Source: a virus
Reading direction: 5' to 3' (one strand)
Length of the DNA: 44,761 bases
IMG/VR virus record: IMGVR_UViG_3300045988_103633
Coordinates: 1-44,761 of that record
In this document: in pieces, positions 22,940 to 32,900 of the stretch
Layout: every line of letters starts with the position of its first letter
Numbering within the stretch: the first letter of the stretch is position 1
Notes under the pieces: model-generated
What the model was told of the DNA's origin: nothing
What the model saw: the letters and a program-made list of their open reading frames with translations, nothing else
Databases searched by the model: none
Translations under genes and position numbers: made by a program

Positions 22940-23287
22940 GTGCTAAGAAGAGAAAGAGGAATCAGAATGCCAGTGCCGGACAAAGACAACATATGTCCGC
23001 CAGTTTGCAAAAATATGTTTGGTTTTACGATACCAGCAGATCGCAGACCACCACAACCACCAAAACCAGTGAAAACACAAATAAAGATCGATTTTGAAGG
23101 CCAGATGTTTGAATGCGATGTCATTGACGGAGTGGCCAAAATACCAGATGAAATCGTGCAGGAAATGAAAAAAACAAACGAAAAGCACGAAAAAGAAACA
23201 GAAATAACGATCAAAACCGGATATGGCAAGCAAAACGAAGATATTTCTGCTAAAATTCTAGTGAAGACGAAAGGAGGTGGAGAATAA
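22940..23287 (+). CDS. Hypothetical protein (106-115 aa) preceding the protease. Proline-rich N-terminal part.
   Basis: GTG is 9 nt after GGAGGG (ATG 22967 is the alternative). ORF track entry. Confidence 0.6.
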   Translation: MLRRERGIRMPVPDKDNICPPVCKNMFGFTIPADRRPPQPPKPVKTQIKIDFEGQMFECDVIDGVAKIPDEIVQEMKKTNEKHEKETEITIKTGYGKQNEDISAKILVKTKGGGE

Positions 23288-24424
23288 ATGAACTTATACG
23301 AAAGACAAATGGCAGTTCAAACAGCATCCGGAAGCGTGGAACAATACATGGATCGCATTAATCAGATGTCACATGTACAATTAAGCGCAGAAGATGTGTT
23401 CGTGTATCAAGGTATTATCTCATCGGATGCGATGGATAGTTACTACACGAAAATGGATGCAGAAACTTCCTTGCGAAACTATGCCAACGATCTGAAAGCA
23501 GGTACGCCATTAATGACGTATCACGAAACATCACAATCGCCGATCGGCCGATCCTTTGATTCATCAATTGATGTCAAGGAGGATGGGAAAACAGTTGTTC
23601 GGGGATTGTTTTACATCGTTCGTCATACGAAAATCAATGGAGAAAGCACAGATGATCTTATCCGCCAGATCGAGACAGGAACATTGACAGAAATGTCAGT
23701 GGGATTCGGTGGGATAAATTTATGGTATAAGTCTAGTTACGATGGCAAAGATATCTATGAATCACGCTACTATCCAGGAGATAAAGACGAAAACGGCAAT
23801 TTGGTGTATTATTACATTATGGATGCGACATTGCGAGAAGTCTCTCTCGTTTACAAGGGAGCTTGTCCGGATGCCGTAGTCGAACGAATCAGAAACGATT
23901 TGCCGAATATGGAGGATGCCGAAAGACAAATCCAGAAATACGAAACACGTTTCAACGTTCGGATCGATATGCCAAAACAGCGAAGCAAGGAGGGAAAACG
24001 AATGAACATTGAAGAAATCACAAGAGCAGTAGAAAAAGGCGATTTGCAACGTGGCGAATTGCTGAAAGCATTGAAAGTCGATGCGATCACAGATGGCCAA
24101 CGTTCGATCCTTAAAGAGTTGGGCGAAGATGCAAGCATCGAAACCGTTCGATCACTGAAAGAGAAAGCAGAGATCGGAGAACGAGCATTCAACGAAAAAT
24201 TGGATGAGTTAGTGAAAGCACGTGTTGCGATTGGTCAAGAGTTCGATCAAGAAAAATACAAAGAACAAATGCGATCAATGGATGTCGATTTCATCGAAGA
24301 TCAAATTCGATTATTCGAAGACATCAAGAAAGCAGAATTCAAACCAGGCCGACAAACACAAAAACAAAATGACGAAGACGGCAAAGCCATTTTCGTAAGT
24401 GAATCATATAAGGGGGAGAAATAA
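23288..24424 (+). CDS. Prohead serine protease (HK97 / Peptidase_S78 family) fused to a C-terminal coiled-coil scaffold-like region
   Basis: GTPLMTYHETSQSPIGRSF...EDGKTVVRGLF...IETGTLTEMSVGFGG follows the S78 His/Ser motif order. The last ~170 aa are charged and helical. Confidence 0.7.
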   Translation: MNLYERQMAVQTASGSVEQYMDRINQMSHVQLSAEDVFVYQGIISSDAMDSYYTKMDAETSLRNYANDLKAGTPLMTYHETSQSPIGRSFDSSIDVKEDGKTVVRGLFYIVRHTKINGESTDDLIRQIETGTLTEMSVGFGGINLWYKSSYDGKDIYESRYYPGDKDENGNLVYYYIMDATLREVSLVYKGACPDAVVERIRNDLPNMEDAERQIQKYETRFNVRIDMPKQRSKEGKRMNIEEITRAVEKGDLQRGELLKALKVDAITDGQRSILKELGEDASIETVRSLKEKAEIGERAFNEKLDELVKARVAIGQEFDQEKYKEQMRSMDVDFIEDQIRLFEDIKKAEFKPGRQTQKQNDEDGKAIFVSESYKGEK

Positions 24425-24425
24425 A

Positions 24426-24833
24426 ATGGCAAAAAGAACGCAAGTTTTAACACCAACAAACGGCATCAACCTAACCGTATATCCTAAAGCCGGCCAAGTT
24501 ATCAAACCTGGCGATGCTTTAGTATTAGACACAACGGATGCGCTAGGTTATGGCGTTAAGTTAGCAGGAGCAAACGAAGCACCTTTATTCGTTGCAATGA
24601 TCGGCAATGAGATCGGCGAAGCAAAAACAAAACGCAACACAATTTCCGCAAAAGTAGTCGGCAAATACAACACTGTTTTATCATTGCCAAGCGATGATAG
24701 TGCAAACATCGGTGATTATGTATTGCCAGATGGAAACGGCTTGTATGTCAAAGAAACAGTGGCAGAAGCAGGAACGCCAAAAGGATTCCTAGTTGTCTAT
24801 AAAGACAGCAAAAAAGTGGAGGTGCTATTCTAA
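24426..24833 (+). CDS. Head decoration-like protein (DUF2190-like by size and position)
   Basis: 135 aa, Gly/Val-rich, between the protease and the major capsid gene. ATG follows GGGGGAGA. Confidence 0.45.
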   Translation: MAKRTQVLTPTNGINLTVYPKAGQVIKPGDALVLDTTDALGYGVKLAGANEAPLFVAMIGNEIGEAKTKRNTISAKVVGKYNTVLSLPSDDSANIGDYVLPDGNGLYVKETVAEAGTPKGFLVVYKDSKKVEVLF

Positions 24834-25927
24834 TGAAAATCTTTAAACAACCGAAAATCGAAGTGAAAAACCGTTTCGGCCAATTGGTCACATTGGAAGA
24901 AGCGAATTTCATCGAAACAGTTCGTGAACATGCAAAAAACGAACGTAACATCAGCGAAGATTTTATCAACGAAGATTCATCCATGATGGTTCGTTCATTC
25001 CTGGAAGATAATGGCTTGACAATGGGAGATTTCAACAATTTCTTATCACGTGATGTAAAAGATGCTCGTGTTCGTGATTTCATTTATAATACAGGACTTG
25101 AACCAGTATTCACAACAATCGTAGAATCATATGTACGTGGTCAATACGAATCAATTGACGAATTGGGCGATCTTGTGATGTCTCGTGTGCCAATGGATCA
25201 AATGACACAAGCTTATTATTCAGCAATCAGCGAAGACGGCGAAGAATATGAAATGGTTGTCGTGGCAGAAAGTGCAGATATCCCGGTTACTAAACTAGTA
25301 ACAGATACAAAACACATCATCGTCGCAGAGAAAAAAGGTCGTGGGCTTTCATTAACTGATGAATCAGTGAAATCACAACGTATCGATCAATTACAAGCAT
25401 TTTTCCGCAAATTGGGGATTCGCTTGCAAAAATCCGAAGTTAAGCAAGCGATCAGCGTGCTATTAAACGGATATTTTGGCGATATCGATGCGCCACAAAC
25501 AATCGGTGTGAAAAGCACAACATCTTATGATCTAACTGATTTATGGTTCGCACATCGTGTCATGACGGATGATTATGGTTTCGTTCCTAACGAATACATC
25601 ATGAACCGCAAGACAGCGACTGAATATCTAGGATTGAAAGATGGCCAGGGCAATTTCTTCTTTTTGCAAAACATTTTGAATGCATCATTGCCAGAAGGTA
25701 TCCAAAACGCAACAATCCGCATCAACGAAGAAATCACAGATGATAAAATCTTACTTGTGGATAAACGCAACGCCTTGCAAGAATACGTGTTCAAAGACTT
25801 ATCAAGCGAAACAGAACGTTCAGCAGGCAAACAAGCAACAACAGTCTACACATCTAAGATCAATCAATTCGTTCCGTTTGAAAAGAACGCACGTATGATC
25901 CTAGATTTGAAACAAACACGCAGTTAA
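24833..25927 (+). CDS. Major capsid protein
   Basis: 364 aa, follows the protease and decoration genes, and is followed by a terminator. Called on synteny and size. Confidence 0.75.
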   Translation: MKIFKQPKIEVKNRFGQLVTLEEANFIETVREHAKNERNISEDFINEDSSMMVRSFLEDNGLTMGDFNNFLSRDVKDARVRDFIYNTGLEPVFTTIVESYVRGQYESIDELGDLVMSRVPMDQMTQAYYSAISEDGEEYEMVVVAESADIPVTKLVTDTKHIIVAEKKGRGLSLTDESVKSQRIDQLQAFFRKLGIRLQKSEVKQAISVLLNGYFGDIDAPQTIGVKSTTSYDLTDLWFAHRVMTDDYGFVPNEYIMNRKTATEYLGLKDGQGNFFFLQNILNASLPEGIQNATIRINEEITDDKILLVDKRNALQEYVFKDLSSETERSAGKQATTVYTSKINQFVPFEKNARMILDLKQTRS

Positions 25928-25962
25928 GCCGGCTATTATAGCCGGTTTCCATTAATTTTTTA
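25927..25962 (+). terminator. Intrinsic terminator after the major capsid gene
   Basis: Stem agccggcta-tta-tagccggtt followed by a T-rich tail (ccattaatttttt). Confidence 0.6.
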
Positions 25963-25972
25963 GGTGGTGTAA

Positions 25973-26209
25973 ATGATGGCCAAAAAGAGTGAAGAAACAA
26001 AGAAAAAAACCAAAGAAGAAGTGAAACAGGAAGAGAAAGCACCGGAAGAAAAGTCAGAACGCTATCGGGCGAAAAAAGGTTATCCAGTTTTCTATTACAA
26101 ATACGGCGTGATCGATCACGAATGGCGTGAACTAGATGGAGCAATGCCATTGCTGATGAAGAGACGAATTGAAGATGGTATGATCGAAGTAGAATCAGAG
26201 GTGGAATGA
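25973..26209 (+). CDS. Hypothetical protein (78 aa) with a lysine/glutamate-rich N-terminus
   Basis: ORF track entry. AGGTGG upstream. Confidence 0.6.
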   Translation: MMAKKSEETKKKTKEEVKQEEKAPEEKSERYRAKKGYPVFYYKYGVIDHEWRELDGAMPLLMKRRIEDGMIEVESEVE

Positions 26210-26643
26210 TTATGTTTATAACCATCGATGATTTGAAAACAAAAGGCCGTTACAAAGAACAACGTTCGAAGATGGCCGATAATGATCTAAACGATTTGCT
26301 TGATCGGATCGATATTTATATCGAATCAAGAACCGGATGCAGTAAGTTAGAAGAAACGGACGATCCGAAGATCAAGAAACGTTTGGCCATCGCATCGATC
26401 GGCGTTGCTGATTATCTTTATTTTGTGGATAACGTTATGAAGATCGAACAAAACATGATGGGCGTTAAAAGCGAGAACATCGGAGATTATTCTTATTCGC
26501 TATCTGATGGGGGTATCGATTACAGTAAGATCGGCAATCCGGAAATCGATAGCATTTTAGATGGTTTGAGTTGTAAGAGCGAATCAGTTTTCGCATTTAG
26601 CATTTCACATCCGGAAAAACACAGATGGGGAAAGCGGTGGTAA
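26206..26643 (+). CDS. Head-tail connector (gp6-like) protein
   Basis: 145 aa, first of four connector-sized genes after the capsid gene. Call rests on synteny. Confidence 0.55.
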   Translation: MIMFITIDDLKTKGRYKEQRSKMADNDLNDLLDRIDIYIESRTGCSKLEETDDPKIKKRLAIASIGVADYLYFVDNVMKIEQNMMGVKSENIGDYSYSLSDGGIDYSKIGNPEIDSILDGLSCKSESVFAFSISHPEKHRWGKRW

Positions 26644-26644
26644 A

Positions 26645-27019
26645 ATGTTCGGCGATTTTATGATTCACACAGCAGACGTCACAGAACAAATCAAAGATGA
26701 GAGCGCAGGCACAGACGAATTCAATAGACCAATCACAATCGAAAAGACCACGAGGGGAATTGAATGCCGTTTTGTCACATCCATTAAGCCGGTTTTAGAT
26801 GGAGATAAGTCCGGGTTACTAGAAACAAGCTATATTCTAGTAGATGCCGACAGCGTTCCGGACATCACTTTCAATCAAAGCACAACTGTTTCGAACATCC
26901 GGCTAAAATCGGATGATTCTATCGTTTCAGACGGCACATTCACTGTTTCCACCGTTGGCATACAAAATGCCATGATGGGCATCCACCACCTAAAAATCTA
27001 TTTGGAAAGTGGTGGTTAA
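26645..27019 (+). CDS. Head closure / head-tail adaptor protein
   Basis: 124 aa. Call rests on synteny. Confidence 0.5.
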   Translation: MFGDFMIHTADVTEQIKDESAGTDEFNRPITIEKTTRGIECRFVTSIKPVLDGDKSGLLETSYILVDADSVPDITFNQSTTVSNIRLKSDDSIVSDGTFTVSTVGIQNAMMGIHHLKIYLESGG

Positions 27020-27439
27020 ATGGCCAAAAAATCGATGGTTGCATTTGGCTTTGATGAAGAAGCCAGAAAATGGATGAATAACCTAGAAAAGAACGTGCAG
27101 AAGGCCTCAAGCGATGCAGTCGAAGCGATGGGCATGGTTTGGGCGGATAATGCGAAGCTTATGACCAGGAACGATCAACACATCGACACCGGGGCATACG
27201 TGAACAGCATTGCATATGCCACCAGTTTTCCCGGAAGAGATGGTGGATTCGCAGTTGGTGCAGTGATCAACGAAAAGAAGGCATTGCACATGATGGAACA
27301 GATCACTTTAGGTAGTGGAGTTTCATATGCGGTTTATCTTGAAAAAAGATATAATATATTTGCACGTTCGTTGGATGCTAGTATGGCAGAAATGAAACGT
27401 GTCGGCACAGAAGTATTCAAAAGGTCATTGGGGGTGTGA
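27020..27439 (+). CDS. Neck / tail-attachment protein (HK97 gp10-like by position)
   Basis: 139 aa. Call rests on synteny. Confidence 0.5.
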   Translation: MAKKSMVAFGFDEEARKWMNNLEKNVQKASSDAVEAMGMVWADNAKLMTRNDQHIDTGAYVNSIAYATSFPGRDGGFAVGAVINEKKALHMMEQITLGSGVSYAVYLEKRYNIFARSLDASMAEMKRVGTEVFKRSLGV

Positions 27440-27442
27440 TAA

Positions 27443-27811
27443 GTGCAGTACAAAGATATATCACTAAGCATCGCACGTGCGGTCGATCGGGAAATGCCTG
27501 GCAAATTCAAATCGATTCGCAAAATGATTGCTGATGATGGGGAAAAACCGCAGTTAGTGGCCAAGATGGCAGGAACACAAACGATCATGCTATCTGTTTA
27601 CACCGACAAGGCACAACCTGGATCGGATTCATTGGCTTACAGCCTATGTGTGGATGCAGTGAACGTGCTTATCGATCCCACAACGGCAATTGATGAAATG
27701 ATTCAAAGCATCGATTTGCAGAGTACGCCGGATTTGGTAAACGATGCAGATCGTAACGCCTGGCAGGCGTGGTGCTATTTGGATATAACTCATTTATATA
27801 CAGGAGGTTAG
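27443..27811 (+). CDS. Tail completion protein (by position)
   Basis: 122 aa, GTG start. Call rests on synteny. Confidence 0.5.
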   Translation: MQYKDISLSIARAVDREMPGKFKSIRKMIADDGEKPQLVAKMAGTQTIMLSVYTDKAQPGSDSLAYSLCVDAVNVLIDPTTAIDEMIQSIDLQSTPDLVNDADRNAWQAWCYLDITHLYTGG

Positions 27812-27815
27812 GAAA

Positions 27816-28040
27816 ATGGCAAAGGAAGAATCAAAAGCGCCAAAAACAGAAGCGAAATCTAACACGTTCAAAGCAAAAGTGAAAATGCCTGGTTATAGTA
27901 AACGAGCAATCGTGACAGCTAAAATCGGCAATAAAGAAATTGCTTTGATGGAAAACGAAGTTATCGAAGTAACACAACAAGAGTTCGATCAATTAAACCT
28001 TGCAACGTCAAGTGCAGTCGAAATTGTAAAAGTTAAATAA
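27816..28040 (+). CDS. Hypothetical small structural-module protein (74 aa)
   Basis: ATG follows GGAGG. ORF track entry. Confidence 0.55.
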   Translation: MAKEESKAPKTEAKSNTFKAKVKMPGYSKRAIVTAKIGNKEIALMENEVIEVTQQEFDQLNLATSSAVEIVKVK

Positions 28041-28057
28041 GAGAGGATGAAGAAAAA

Positions 28058-28894
28058 ATGGCAGAAACAGGATCAAACGTGATGAAATGGAACAAAGCGG
28101 AAATTTTAGGTGGGCCAGGTCGTTTAGTAATCAACGATGATATTTCTTTACGTCCTACAAAAATTTCTGATGTTATGGATTTAACAGCGCCATTTGCTTT
28201 GAAAGAAGGATGGAGAGATTTAGGAGCAACACAAGAAGGAATCAATATTTCACGTGGTTTCGACACAGAAGATTTCGAGATCGATCAATCTGTACAGCCT
28301 ATTGATCGCACGATTTCAAGTTTCACAACATCACTAAGCACAACATTAGCACAAGATTCCATCAATAATCGTCAATTGGCTATGATCGGCGGAACGATCA
28401 AAGAAAATGCAGCCACATTAGGAACGCCAGTTGCATTGACAGCGCCAACGCTTATCGGTGCGAAAGTAATCAAAGTTGATGCAGTCACAGGCATCCAAAA
28501 AGATGGCTTTGTGATTATTGGCGATGAAACACGTCAAGTTGCCAATGTTGATGCAGGAACAAAAACAGTGACATTGAAAAAATCACTTGAAAAAGCACAC
28601 GAAGCAGATGCATCAGAAGCAAAATCAGTAACACCAGTTACCGAATTAGGTACAAAAGAAATTGGCTACGGTGCGCCAAGCGAAATCGATCACTTTCAAA
28701 CAGCGATCATTTCAAAAATGGATGATGGAACATTGCGCTTGACTGTATTCTACGATACAACGCTATCCGGCGATGAAGTAGAAACAACTTACGGAAAAGA
28801 CAAGAAAGTCTTGCCAATCGGCTTGACGGCGTTCCCAGTTGATGATCTACCAGAAGACGAAAATGTGTTCAAAGAATTCCAACAAACAGTATAA
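28058..28894 (+). CDS. Major tail protein
   Basis: 278 aa, immediately upstream of the chaperone pair and the tape measure gene. Strong RBS (GAGAGGATGAAG). Confidence 0.7.
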   Translation: MAETGSNVMKWNKAEILGGPGRLVINDDISLRPTKISDVMDLTAPFALKEGWRDLGATQEGINISRGFDTEDFEIDQSVQPIDRTISSFTTSLSTTLAQDSINNRQLAMIGGTIKENAATLGTPVALTAPTLIGAKVIKVDAVTGIQKDGFVIIGDETRQVANVDAGTKTVTLKKSLEKAHEADASEAKSVTPVTELGTKEIGYGAPSEIDHFQTAIISKMDDGTLRLTVFYDTTLSGDEVETTYGKDKKVLPIGLTAFPVDDLPEDENVFKEFQQTV

Positions 28895-28899
28895 GTTTT

Positions 28900-28908
28900 T
28901 GATATAAT
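28900..28908 (+). promoter_or_regulatory. Extended -10 promoter-like box TGATATAAT after the major tail gene
   Basis: tttttgatataatgg, followed by a short hairpin (tggcga-tattat-tcgcca) and palindrome copy e. Confidence 0.5.
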
Positions 28909-28935
28909 GGTGGTGGCGATATTATTCGCCATCAC

Positions 28936-28951
28936 TGTTTCACATGAAACA
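28936..28951. promoter_or_regulatory. Palindrome copy e (TGTTTCACATGAAACA) upstream of the chaperone RBS
   Basis: It ends 6 nt before AGGAGGG and 20 nt before ATG 28972. Confidence 0.8.
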
Positions 28952-28971
28952 CCAATCAGGAGGGAAATCAA

Positions 28972-29481
28972 ATGACAGAATTAGAAAACCAATTAAAAAG
29001 CACAGATGTAACAACAAAACCAACTCATATCGAGTTATCAGACGGAAAAGTTATGGCAGTTCCGAAATTAGACGTTGGGAAAACGTTGGGGCTTGCACGT
29101 GTTATCGCAGGCGATGGTTTCGCATTATGGCGCAAGGCGCAAGGCCTATTCACAGAAGTTGAAAAGAAAGATGATTTTGGCAATCCAATGTTAGATGATG
29201 AAGGCCAACCGGTCGTTGAGATCATCGAACCAGAAAACGAACAAATTTTCGCATTCATCGTGGAAAACGTGGGCGAAGATTTATTGCCAAAAGTATTAGG
29301 GATTTTATTCGGTATCAAAGCAGAAGAAGTCGAAAATATGGAATTATACGATGCGATTGAATTGTTGACAGCTTTAATCGATGCGAACGACTTAAAGAAA
29401 ACTTTTTTAGCAGTGAAGAAACTGACGGAAAAACTAGTCTCACGCCAGACAAACGAACCGATAGCAACGCCGGCAGGCTAA
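28972..29481 (+). CDS. Tail assembly chaperone (gpG-like)
   Basis: 169 aa, acidic, located between the major tail and tape measure genes. Confidence 0.75.
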   Translation: MTELENQLKSTDVTTKPTHIELSDGKVMAVPKLDVGKTLGLARVIAGDGFALWRKAQGLFTEVEKKDDFGNPMLDDEGQPVVEIIEPENEQIFAFIVENVGEDLLPKVLGILFGIKAEEVENMELYDAIELLTALIDANDLKKTFLAVKKLTEKLVSRQTNEPIATPAG

Positions 29482-29885
29482 CATGGAAAGAACAAATTGA
29501 TTTTTTAAAAGGGATTTTCGAAGCAAACGTGTTGACCATCATCCGACAAGTGGACGAAGTGGCAGACCATTTCAATTATACGGATGAATATATCATGGAT
29601 CATTCGTTGTCCTGGTTAAAAAGAAAATACAGCTTTGCAATGAACAAACAAAAAGATCGATTGGTTCAATCGCAACGATCAACATTCAGTGCCATTCAAG
29701 CGGTTGTTTCGTCATTCATGGGATCAAAAGTGAACATCGATGAAATACTAATACCACAACGAGAACCATCGGAAGCAGAGAAACATCTAACGGAATTGCT
29801 TGAAAGTCTCAAAGAAGGCAATACGAAGGTTTCCGGCGTTAACGAAGAAGGGTTTGTGGTAGATGAATGGTGGAAAACAACATAA
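28972..29885 (+). CDS. Tail assembly chaperone -1 frameshift fusion (gpGT-like): 28972..29409 joined to 29409..29885
   Basis: The -1 frame is open from 29361 to 29885. The slippery heptamer T_TTT_TTA sits in the correct zero-frame phase at 29403-29409. ORF-track 29529..29885 has no RBS of its own. Confidence 0.65.
29403..29409 (+). promoter_or_regulatory. Programmed -1 ribosomal frameshift slippery site T_TTT_TTA
   Basis: Zero-frame codons are act ttt tta. After the slip the reading is ttt ttt agc agt gaa ... Confidence 0.6.
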
Positions 29886-29895
29886 TTTTTTGGAA

Positions 29896-29926
29896 GGCTA
29901 TGAATTTTCGTTCATAGTCTTTTTTT
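29896..29926 (+). terminator. Intrinsic terminator between the chaperone genes and the tape measure gene
   Basis: Stem ggctatgaa-ttttcg-ttcatagtc (one mismatch) followed by T7. Confidence 0.65.
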
Positions 29927-29949
29927 ATTAAGAAAGGGGAGAAAATCAG

Positions 29950-32900
29950 ATGGCAGACGGAAAAAGAATTGGTGGTGCGTTTTTAGATTTTCAAGTGGAC
30001 TATTCACAACTAAAAACATTTCTAAGCACAATGAACAGCCTATCAGACCAGACGAACAAACAAATATCCGGCATCGGGTCAGTGATCGAATCAACGATCC
30101 AGAAAACGAAGAACTTGACGAAGGAAACGGCGAGTGGTGCGAATCAGCAAAAGAATGCCATGAGTAACATCATGACACAATATGCAAACGCATCGAAAAA
30201 GGTCGAAGAAATGACCAACAGCATTTCAAAAACAAAGACAACATCATCAAACGCCACAAAATCGATTCTAAGCGATTCTAAGAGTATAGCAGGAGAATCA
30301 TCCAAAACAGCTTTTAAAATGTCGCAATCGACATCACAGGCGTTCGATTCGATGAAAAAAGACAGTCGTTCATTGAATCAAACACTTGTGGCCGGAATGA
30401 AAGCCAACGTGCAGGAGTTTGGGCAAAGTTTCAAAAATCTAGGTTCGACATTCAGTGGAATCGCATCATCGATTATTAACACGTTCAAAAAGATTCCGTC
30501 CGGGATCGCATCGATTCCGAAAACGATCGCAACACAGATGAAAAATCTAGCCGGATCGATTACATCGGGATTCGCACGTGCGAAAGATTCGGCAATCTCA
30601 CAGATAAAGAAAATACCGGATGCAGTACGATCGGCAGGTAATTCAATCAAGACAGGATTTGCAACGGCGTTCAATACAGTTGTTTCCACAGCTACAAACG
30701 TAGTCAACAAGACGAACAGAGCAATCCAGACATTGCCACAAACGATCTCACGTGCAGGCAGTGCCATCAAGAATGGATTTTCAAATGGGATCAAAGCAAT
30801 TCCACAGATTGCAAGCAACGTGGCCAAGACAGCAGGCAACGCCTTTTCATCCATAGGAACAACCGTGAAGAATGTCGCATCGGCATCCGGAAGTGCAATG
30901 AAATCATTCCTATCCAGTGGGATGCAAAACGTTCTTTCAAAAGCACGTTCGGTTTTCCCTGGTGTCAAGAAACAGATTCAAGACGGCGTGGACGAACCGG
31001 CCAAAACAGCATCGCTTTCATTAGGTAAAATCGCAGGCGCTATCGGTGTGATGAAAGTCGCATCTAAAGCCTTTTCGATGATTGGATCATCGATGGAAGG
31101 TGCGATCAATCGGATCGATACACTAGCAAATGCCGATCGTGTGTTCGAAAACATGGGATTCAAGGCAGAAGAAACACGAAAGATGATGCAGGCGCTAAAC
31201 AAATCAATAACCGGGCTACCTACGGCGTTGAATGATGCCGTTTCCGGCGTTCAGTTGATAGCATCATCAACAGGGGATATAGGCAAATCACAAAAGATTT
31301 TCGAAGCGTTGAATAATGGGATTCTAGGGTTCGGCGGATCGGCTGACATGGTAAACAATGCCATCGTTCAGTTATCACAATCATTCTCAAATGGGAAAGT
31401 CGATGCCGAAACATGGAACTCGATGATCAATAGTGGATTAGGACCAGCTTTGAACGCTATTGCGAAACAGATGGGCAAGACGGCCGGAGAGTTAAAAACA
31501 GGGCTATCAGAGGGTACTATATCTGTCAAAGATTTCCAAGATCGTTTGATTGAATTAAACGAAAAAGGTGGCGGAGGACTGAAATCCTTGCAACAAATCG
31601 CACAGGATGCCACAAAAGGGATCAAGACATCCATTGCCAACTTTAAAACGTCAGTGACACGTGGTGTCGCAGAGATCATCAAGGCGTTTGACAAGTTTAT
31701 CACAGCAGTAACAGGCAAAGGCGTTGCGGATTGGATCGGAACATTTGCATCCGGATTCGAAGCAGGATTGAAGAAAATTGCATCCGGATTCGAAGCAGTC
31801 ACGCCATTAGCTAAGAAGCTTTATGATACGTTGAAACCATTTGCACCAGTGATCGGTGGAGTGGTGGCCGGTTTGCTCGCAATGGGCGGAATCAACTCAG
31901 CAATCTTTGCCATTAGCAAACTATCGGGAGTATTCGCAATGTTTACGAAGGCATTGTGGGCAAATCCAATCGGGTTAGTTGTCGGCCTTATCGTAACATT
32001 AGGCGTTGCATTCTATAATGCTTATAATAAATCAGAAACGTTCCGCAAGAGTGTTGATAACTTGCTAAAACCGCTGAAAAAAGTCGGAGAAATGGCACAG
32101 TTAGCAGGTAAGATGATCCAATTGTATTTATTCGGAGAATATACACAGGATAAAGGGGAACAATTTGCTAAAACACGCAAAGCGTTAGAAGAAATGTTGC
32201 CAAAACAAGTGGTCGATGCATTTGTAAATCAAATTCAACGTGTGAGTGATGCAAAAGAAAAATTGACGACTATCATCAAAGCCATATCGTTATCATTCCA
32301 AGATTTAAAACCGGAAGAATATGGCGAAAAAATGAAATCTTTGCATGATTATCTTGGCCAATTCATCCCACAAGAACAATTGAATGCAATTTGGGTCAGA
32401 ATCGCCAATTTTAACAATGCGATAAACCAGTTCAAAGATATATTTAGTATTTTCTACGATGCTTTAACAGGTAATTTTAAAGATTTTAATCAATTGTATG
32501 AGGAATACGGAGATATTTTCGATATTAGTCAACTGTTTGATATAGTATATATTTCTCAAATATTGAATCAAGTAGGCGATACGTTTAGAACAGCGTTTAC
32601 ACAAATTAAACAAGCCATTTTGACAGGTATCACAGAGGGCGATTTTACGCAACTCTATGCATTGATCCAACAAATAGCGCCAACGATTATCGGGATGCTA
32701 TTGGGCGGTATTCCACAGATTGCCATCGCAGGCGGACGGCTATTGCTTTCGATTGCCGATGGTATGGGATTGAATATTCCACAGTTGATCACGAAGCTAA
32801 CAACTGAAATTTTGCCTAGCATCGTTAACACATTGGTAACCGGAGCAATTACATTTGTGAATGTCGGCATCCAATGGATCAACAACATCATTGCCGGCAT

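Noticed and set aside
30378-31802. Minus-strand ORFs of 196, 74, 64 and 144 aa inside the tape measure region
   Set aside because: They are antisense shadows of a gene with long repeats and biased composition. They have no RBSs and no recognisable motifs.
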